A stretch of DNA of 64,000 nt, taken from the NCBI GenBank assembly GCA_045530935.1, contig JAZSDC010000018.1:1724-65723 (forward strand). The letters are read 5' to 3'. The position numbers were made by a program, and so were the translations under genes. Below the pieces are notes generated by a model. That model was not told where the DNA came from and made no database searches. It saw nothing but the letters and a program-made list of their open reading frames with translations. The number at the start of each line of letters is the position of its first letter. The stretch's first letter is position 1. This stretch comes from Candidatus Enterousia sp. (GTDB lineage Bacteria > Pseudomonadota > Alphaproteobacteria > Rs-D84). Shown piece by piece: positions 55,252 through 64,000 of the stretch.

Positions 55252-56586
55252 ATGATGAAGATAGCAATAGTCGGACGCCCAAATACAGGAAAGTCCACAT
55301 TATTTAATGCACTAACAGGAACCCGGGATGCATTGGTACATGACCGTCCGGGGGTAACGCGTGATATAATTTCTGGGACATTTCGTGAACGTCCTTATGC
55401 GCTGTATGACACAGCAGGCTTGGAACGTGCGAATTCTGGGATTGCCCTGGATTCGACAAATATGGCAATTGACGCTGTTTCAAGCGCAGATGCAATACTG
55501 TTTGTTGTTGATGGTCGGGTTGGTTTGGCAAATGAAGATATAGATTGGGCAAAATTGGTACGTCGAAAAACGCGTGCACCGATATTGTTGCTGGTGAATA
55601 AAAGCGAATCGGAAAAACGTTTATCTAATATCCATGATTTTTACAAGTTGGGATTTGGCGAGCCTGTACTGGTGTCGGCAGAACACAAACACGGTTTTGA
55701 CCGTATATATGAATTTCTAGATAAAATAGCCGGCGAAGACGCGAACAAAGATGCGCCAGAACGTACGGCAGATATGCGTATTAAAATTGCAATTCTGGGA
55801 CAGCCGAATGTTGGTAAATCGACATTTGTAAATCGTGTGTTGGGGCAACAGCGTCAAATTGTGATGGATATGCCTGGGGTTACGCGCGATACGGTAAAGA
55901 TTCCCACTAAATTCTATGGTCGTGATATTGTTCTGATGGATACTGCAGGTTTGCGTCGCAAGGCTGGTGTAACAGATGATGTTGAAACGTTATCTGCGTT
56001 AAAATCACTAGATGCCATAGAAAAATCGGATGTTGTTATTTTAATGGTTGATGCAACACGTAATATTGAAAATCAAGCGCTGGGGATTGCGGCACGTGTT
56101 TATGATGCTGGTAAAATTTTGTGTGTTGCACTGAATAAGTGGGATTTGGTAGAACCAGAACTGCGTGATGAAAAATTATTAAAACTAAAACATCAATTTT
56201 CTAATTCATTTCACCAGATAATTAAGCCAATGATTTTGGCGGTGTCTGCTGAAACAGGTACGGGTGTTCAGAATATGTTCCGTCGTATTTATGAACAATG
56301 GGATATTTCATCAGCCCAGGCACCGACCAGTTTAATTAACCGCATTGTTGAAAAGTTAGTGGCAGAGCGTCAGCCTCCGTTATCGCGTTTAAAACGTCCT
56401 ATGAAAATAAAGTTTGCGCGTCAAACAGGGCGTCATCCAATGCGTATAACAATAAATGTTGGTGGTGCGTCTGATATACCTGAATCTTATACGCGGTATT
56501 TGCGTCGCGGTATTGCAAATGCGCTGCATTGGGAACATTTGCCAATAATAATAGAATATGAAAAGTCGCAAAATCCATACGAATAA
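55252..56586 (+). CDS. der: ribosome-associated GTPase Der/EngA (two GTPase domains plus KH-like domain)
   Basis: GRPNTGKST..DTAG..NKSE, then GQPNVGKST..DTAG..NKWD. I prefer the ATG at 55252 (the track start is 55186). Confidence 0.95.
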   Translation: MMKIAIVGRPNTGKSTLFNALTGTRDALVHDRPGVTRDIISGTFRERPYALYDTAGLERANSGIALDSTNMAIDAVSSADAILFVVDGRVGLANEDIDWAKLVRRKTRAPILLLVNKSESEKRLSNIHDFYKLGFGEPVLVSAEHKHGFDRIYEFLDKIAGEDANKDAPERTADMRIKIAILGQPNVGKSTFVNRVLGQQRQIVMDMPGVTRDTVKIPTKFYGRDIVLMDTAGLRRKAGVTDDVETLSALKSLDAIEKSDVVILMVDATRNIENQALGIAARVYDAGKILCVALNKWDLVEPELRDEKLLKLKHQFSNSFHQIIKPMILAVSAETGTGVQNMFRRIYEQWDISSAQAPTSLINRIVEKLVAERQPPLSRLKRPMKIKFARQTGRHPMRITINVGGASDIPESYTRYLRRGIANALHWEHLPIIIEYEKSQNPYE

Positions 56587-56614
56587 AAAACGCCCATTTG
56601 TGGGCGTTTTTTTT
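56586..56614. terminator. bidirectional terminator
   Basis: ACGCCCA-TTTG-TGGGCGT flanked by A and T runs. Confidence 0.7.
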
Positions 56615-57959
56615 ATGGACATTGTTCCAATTGTTTCAAGACGTTTTGAACATCGTTGTTAATTGAAACAGTTATTGTTCGTTGCAGACCGTCTTTATAA
56701 GTATAATTGAATTGCGCGTCCTTGAATGCTGGCAGGGCGTCATATGCCTGCTGGAATGGTGCCAGCATGGCGCTGAACCACTGGCGTCCACGACACAGGC
56801 AACCATTTCGTACGTCCGCTGCAACAACAGCTGTTGCGGTGTTTGGATATTTCGTGTCTAAATCGTGGTCTGTCATCATCAGACAGCGTGCGCCAAACCC
56901 ATAAAAGTTTGCGTCATCGGACAAGAATTTGTATATCAAACCATCGCTGGCACCTGCGTTTCTCAGTGCATACGCCATACCGTCTGTGCAACATGCCTGG
57001 GCAGAACGCATTAACATTTTATATCTGTTCAACAATGGGGCTGCAACAGGTGCAGATGCGTCTATATCATTATTACAGTGCGCCGCATCAACAAATTCAG
57101 CCATGTTAATATCGCGCAATTTCTTGCTGCGTGGTGAAACGGTTTCACGAACAATTGGTTTCCTGCGCCAAATTGCACATTCTGTTTCTGTTTCAAATGG
57201 ACATCCGTCGTCATATCCGAACGTTTGTTCGACAACTGTTGTCATATCTTGGGCAGTATACTCTGATTTTGGTATTGACGACAGCTGCAATCCCTTTTTT
57301 TCTTTTGGGTTTGCAAACCACAAATTCCCCGCAGGTTTTTTCGGGGTCAGCAACTCTTCAACGCGTGCACGTGTTGCCGCCGCGTCTTCCATATTCAGGC
57401 GATATAATTCTGCCGGGTCAATTGCAACAATTTCGTCTTCTGAAATTTCACGAACATAAACTTCTGGTGTTGGTTCAAGGTACCAATCAGAAAAATCTTT
57501 ATACTTATAACTGTTTATAGATTCGTCCCAAATCGGAACCCCATCGCGCCAGTCTACAGTCTTCTCGCCATCTGGGCCAGTATATTGACCGTGCACGCCG
57601 TCCCACAGTGCGGGGCGTGTATCTTCTGGTACAGGCTTAATAGACAGCATTTTTACCGTTCGCATTGGAATCTGGGTATCTGCGACCAGCTGAATTGGTT
57701 CTGCGTACTGTGGAACTGCAGGCATCGTCGCCACAGGCATTTCTGCAACATCTGGATCAGAATCCATCCATGTCGGTTGTGGTTGCGCAACAATAATTGC
57801 GGTTGTTTTGTCGCCATTTGGGGACTGTCGCACCCATTCGAATTCTTCGAACGTCATTGGTTGTAAATCACATCCGTCACCAACGCATTCGGATGCATAA
57901 CTACCAAACATCCCACACATACACAGCAGGGATGAAAAAATAAATATCCTGGTTTTCAT
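56613..57959 (-). CDS. secreted cysteine-containing protein (448 aa), hypothetical
   Basis: Signal peptide MKTRIFIFSSLLCMCGMFGSYASE. Acidic and Pro-rich N-half. C-half carries about 10 Cys (..ACCTDG.., ..NGCLCRGRQWF.., terminal ..EQCP). Confidence 0.6.
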   Translation of the reverse strand: MKTRIFIFSSLLCMCGMFGSYASECVGDGCDLQPMTFEEFEWVRQSPNGDKTTAIIVAQPQPTWMDSDPDVAEMPVATMPAVPQYAEPIQLVADTQIPMRTVKMLSIKPVPEDTRPALWDGVHGQYTGPDGEKTVDWRDGVPIWDESINSYKYKDFSDWYLEPTPEVYVREISEDEIVAIDPAELYRLNMEDAAATRARVEELLTPKKPAGNLWFANPKEKKGLQLSSIPKSEYTAQDMTTVVEQTFGYDDGCPFETETECAIWRRKPIVRETVSPRSKKLRDINMAEFVDAAHCNNDIDASAPVAAPLLNRYKMLMRSAQACCTDGMAYALRNAGASDGLIYKFLSDDANFYGFGARCLMMTDHDLDTKYPNTATAVVAADVRNGCLCRGRQWFSAMLAPFQQAYDALPAFKDAQFNYTYKDGLQRTITVSINNDVQNVLKQLEQCP

Positions 57960-58080
57960 GCCTATTATTATATCATAAAAAACAGTCTTTTAAAACAGGT
58001 TTTTCAATATCTTTTTTGTTGTTGAATGTCGCTTATATTGTTATAGTTAAAGCGTGTTTAATAACTAAAAAGGAAGTCGG

Positions 58081-59034
58081 ATGAAAAAATTATCGATTAT
58101 TGCTTTGTTATCTATTATTTCCATGCCTGGTTTTGCGACAACTGTGCCAGTGGATGCGTCAGAATCAGATGTTGTAACCGAACAAAAGTTAACCGAGGTT
58201 GAAAAATTAAAACTGAAACAAGAATTTAAAGATGAAATTAAATCAGAATTAAAACAAGAATATCAACAGGCAAAACATTCCAAGAAGATAGCGTTTCCAC
58301 ATGGAATTCAAGTTGGTGCTGGGGTTTCTGCTACTGGTGGTTTGAATGGATTCATTGGCTATGCAAATAAAGAATTTGATTCATTTTGGGCAAAAAGATT
58401 TGGTGTTCGTTTTGATTTTGCAACAACAAAACCAATTCAGTCTTTAATAGATGATGGTATTGATACTGTGATGGGCGATGATGGTATTGATATTGGTGAT
58501 AATCTAACGATTGCTAATGGCAAACTAGATGCGAAACATTTTGCAGCTCTGGTTGATTTTTATCCATTTGGCGATTCGTGGTTCTTGGGTGGTTGGCGTA
58601 TAACCGGCGGTTATGCATTTGGTGATATGGATATGTCCGCAAATGTCGCGGGTGTTTTTGATGGGCCGTCTGACAGATATGAATTTGAATTGTCTGGTCA
58701 AAAATATGCATATACCGGCAACTCTGTGCACGGTACCGCAGACCTGGATTGGAAATACCGCGGTCCATATCTGGGGACGGGTTTTGATATTGGCTTGTTT
58801 GCTGGATTAAAGATTTATGTTGATGCTGGCGTTGTGTTTACAAATAAGTCTGCCGAATTGTCTTTGGATATACCAACGGATAACCTGCAACAATACAATG
58901 GCACAACGTGGGAAGCGGTTGATATTCCTGAATTGAATGCGGTAATAGACGAAACATTATCAGATGCCCAGTCTGAATTGGACGATTTAAAGTTCTATCC
59001 AATGGTAAAACTTGGGTTTATGTATCGTTTTTAA
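58081..59034 (+). CDS. outer-membrane beta-barrel protein with charged coiled N-extension (317 aa)
   Basis: Signal peptide ..MPGFATT. KLKQEFKDEIKSELKQEYQQ linker. Amphipathic strands and a terminal ..GFMYRF. Confidence 0.65.
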   Translation: MKKLSIIALLSIISMPGFATTVPVDASESDVVTEQKLTEVEKLKLKQEFKDEIKSELKQEYQQAKHSKKIAFPHGIQVGAGVSATGGLNGFIGYANKEFDSFWAKRFGVRFDFATTKPIQSLIDDGIDTVMGDDGIDIGDNLTIANGKLDAKHFAALVDFYPFGDSWFLGGWRITGGYAFGDMDMSANVAGVFDGPSDRYEFELSGQKYAYTGNSVHGTADLDWKYRGPYLGTGFDIGLFAGLKIYVDAGVVFTNKSAELSLDIPTDNLQQYNGTTWEAVDIPELNAVIDETLSDAQSELDDLKFYPMVKLGFMYRF

Positions 59035-59035
59035 A

Positions 59036-59062
59036 AATGAACCACCTTCGGGTGGTTTTTTT
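59036..59062 (+). terminator. rho-independent terminator
   Basis: AACCACC-TTCG-GGTGGTT followed by T-run. Confidence 0.65.
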
Positions 59063-59117
59063 ATGCGGAATTTATGCCAGTTGTGCTGTATATGTATTTA
59101 ATGTAATATTTTTTCTG

Positions 59118-59912
59118 ATGAAGCGTCTGGTCATAATATTTTCGCTGTTGCTTGCGTCTCCTGCGTTATCAGCGACAAATTTTCCACATGGATTATCTGT
59201 CGGTGTTGGTGTCTCGGCGACCAGTGGTCTGAATATTGCATTGGGATATTATAATTCGGCGCATGACAATTATTGGTTATCACATTTTGGTGTGCGCGCA
59301 GACTTTGCCAGCATATCACCCTTAAAGTCCGCAATCGATTCGGCAATCGATTCGTATATGCGTGATGGTCGTGATGTTGGTGATGGTGTAAAAATTGACG
59401 AAGGGAAACTGGATGCTTGGCATGGCTCGGTTTTACTAGACTATTATCCATTTGCTGGCGCGTGGCGCATAACTGGTGGATATGCCTGGGGGCAATCAAC
59501 GCTTGATGCGGCAATATTTGGGGAAATTGAACGCGCACCTGCCCAGCGATTCTATTTTTACCTGGCAGGCGATCACTTTTATTACAACGGTAATGCATTT
59601 GACGGCACTGCAAAAATAGATTGGGCGTATCGCGGGCCTTATTTTGGAACGGGTCTGGATATAAAACTGTTTTGTGGATTTGGTTTGTTTGCGGATATTG
59701 GTCTAGTGTTTGCGAATCGGCCTGCAAAACTGTCGCTAGATATACCGCATCAACAATTATATATGTATGACAAATTATCTAATAGTTGGGCGCCGGTTGT
59801 GATTTCCACTCTGGACAGGGATGTTGCGCGTGCCGAAGATGATGCGAATCGTAAATTGTCAAATCTAAGGGTGTATCCGATGATTAAAATGGGTTTTTTA
59901 TACCAATTCTGA
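59118..59912 (+). CDS. outer-membrane beta-barrel protein, tandem paralog of 58081-59034 (264 aa)
   Basis: Signal peptide MKRLVIIFSLLLASPALSA. FPHGLSVGVGVSATSGLN..FGVRADFA..WRITGGYAWG..YRGPYFGTGLDI..GFLYQF aligns throughout with the upstream gene. The track start at 59037 lies in the terminator, so I reject it. Confidence 0.65.
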   Translation: MKRLVIIFSLLLASPALSATNFPHGLSVGVGVSATSGLNIALGYYNSAHDNYWLSHFGVRADFASISPLKSAIDSAIDSYMRDGRDVGDGVKIDEGKLDAWHGSVLLDYYPFAGAWRITGGYAWGQSTLDAAIFGEIERAPAQRFYFYLAGDHFYYNGNAFDGTAKIDWAYRGPYFGTGLDIKLFCGFGLFADIGLVFANRPAKLSLDIPHQQLYMYDKLSNSWAPVVISTLDRDVARAEDDANRKLSNLRVYPMIKMGFLYQF

Positions 59913-60083
59913 TATATTTACGACGATTCGTTGAAATGAACCGAATCAAAAACAGGCGAAAACCGAATCAATTTCGGTGTGCGAAAAGTAAAAAACAAAA
60001 AAAGTTAAAAAAATAAAAATGGCGGATTTCTGCGGTTTTTAAAACGGTTTAAGATTTTTTTGAAAATTTTTTTAAAATTACGC

Positions 60084-60112
60084 TTGACTTTTCTGAAGTT
60101 AGAGCGCATACT
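60084..60112 (+). promoter_or_regulatory. rRNA operon promoter with A/T-rich UP-like region upstream
   Basis: TTGACT (60084-89), 17-nt spacer, CATACT (60107-12). Preceded by tgaaaatttttttaaaatta. Confidence 0.5.
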
Positions 60113-60456
60113 AAGCGGGCTTTCAAGTTGAGACAACAAAACAAAAAGAAACTCAACCCCTGAAATTCTGCGGTTTACGGAACAAACGATAGAAATCAGG
60201 TTCTTGTAGAACACGCAAACATTGTGAATAAAAGCAGCTCATCAAAAATTCAAGAAGGGATGTGCAGACAGTTGAATTTGGAATATCCAAACTTTGACTA
60301 AGTCAAAAGTGCATATCCTAGACAGGTAGTAGGTTTACATATTAAACCTCGTTAAAAAACTTGTCTTGCGAATAATTATATATGTAAAGACGAACTGATT
60401 ATTAAATAGTCAGCTTTTGTTTATATGCACGGGACTTACTTAACAGGTTTTTTTAG

Positions 60457-61960
<1,504 letters not shown>

Positions 61961-62040
61961 TAGAGAATACCGATAACACGATATCGGTCAATCCAAACGC
62001 GACTGTCTGAATATCTCTTTTTGAACGTGTATTAATCGCT

Positions 62041-62117
62041 GGGTCAGTAGTTCAGTTGGTTAGAATGCCGCTCTGATACAGCGGAGGTCGAAGATTCGAG
62101 TTCTTCCTGACCCACCA
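62041..62117 (+). tRNA. tRNA-Ile (anticodon GAT) in the 16S-23S spacer, CCA encoded
   Basis: GGGTCAG/CTGACCC acceptor, CCGCT-CTGATAC-AGCGG anticodon arm, GAAGA-TTCGAGT-TCTTC T arm. Confidence 0.9.
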
Positions 62118-62389
62118 CTTATTTGATGAGGTTGGAATCAGCAGTGTTTAACACTTCTGATTCCAGATATTTCGATATCTTCGGAATCTGCTTTTATAGC
62201 AATATATTGTTAATCGGTTTTTATGTCGCAAATCAAGAAATTGATTTGTTGAACATCGTAATCTCAAATTCTTTCTAAAGAGTAATCACGAAAGTGATAA
62301 TTCAATTAGATAGCAAGAATCAACTAATGCTTAAAAAACTCATTAAGTTCTTTTTAATGCTTGGACTTTCTCTTCAAGCATAAGATAAA

Positions 62390-64000
<1,611 letters not shown>

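Noticed and set aside
60005-60214. 69-aa ORF on the minus strand upstream of the 16S
   Set aside because: It lies across the rRNA promoter and leader. It is extremely Lys/Phe/Asn-rich owing to A/T runs, and has no RBS.

Overview
This window looks like a chromosomal segment from a visibly AT-rich, streamlined alphaproteobacterium. Supporting evidence: an alpha-type 16S/23S operon, an alpha-type SspB, RpoH, and the gene set mnmG ... rsmG-parA-parB. I did not compute GC content. I count about 67 protein-coding genes, almost all with a recognisable product, plus 4 tRNAs (Val-GAC, Cys-GCA, Val-TAC, Ile-GAT). There is also one tRNA-Val-derived degenerate copy and an rRNA operon, 16S-tRNAIle-23S, with the 23S cut by the window end.

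Housekeeping content includes fabG-fabD, queH, metG, accBC, yidD-rnpA, mreB, rsmE, gpsA, rsmG-parAB, rmuC, def-fmt-truA, comEC, sspB, recF, rpoH, dnaX, rluD, comF and der. Envelope genes are abundant: TolC plus a MacA-like adaptor, a split MacB-like ABC pump, three OmpA-domain proteins, Skp, a short BamB-like lipoprotein and three beta-barrel OMPs. I saw no IS elements, transposases, integrases or CRISPR arrays.

The most interesting region is 38.5-46 kb. A small type IV pilin gene is translationally coupled to dnaX. Divergently from it, a tightly packed operon encodes three 400-450 aa paralogous proteins with prepilin-type N-termini, a zinc-ribbon/TM protein and a small secreted protein. No pilus assembly genes lie in the window. 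That operon is followed by a 1126-aa cysteine-repeat surface protein.

Other items worth a second look:
- two promoter-to-terminator structured leader RNAs with mutually exclusive helices (upstream of a small HTH gene and of a low-GC licD/cytidylyltransferase pair)
- the tRNA-Val-derived tandem element
- an orphan VirD4/TraG coupling protein
- a tandem pair of tiny 4-Cys paralogs inside the def-fmt-truA operon
- parS-like palindromes upstream of parA

All functional calls come from motif recognition by eye. No database search was run.
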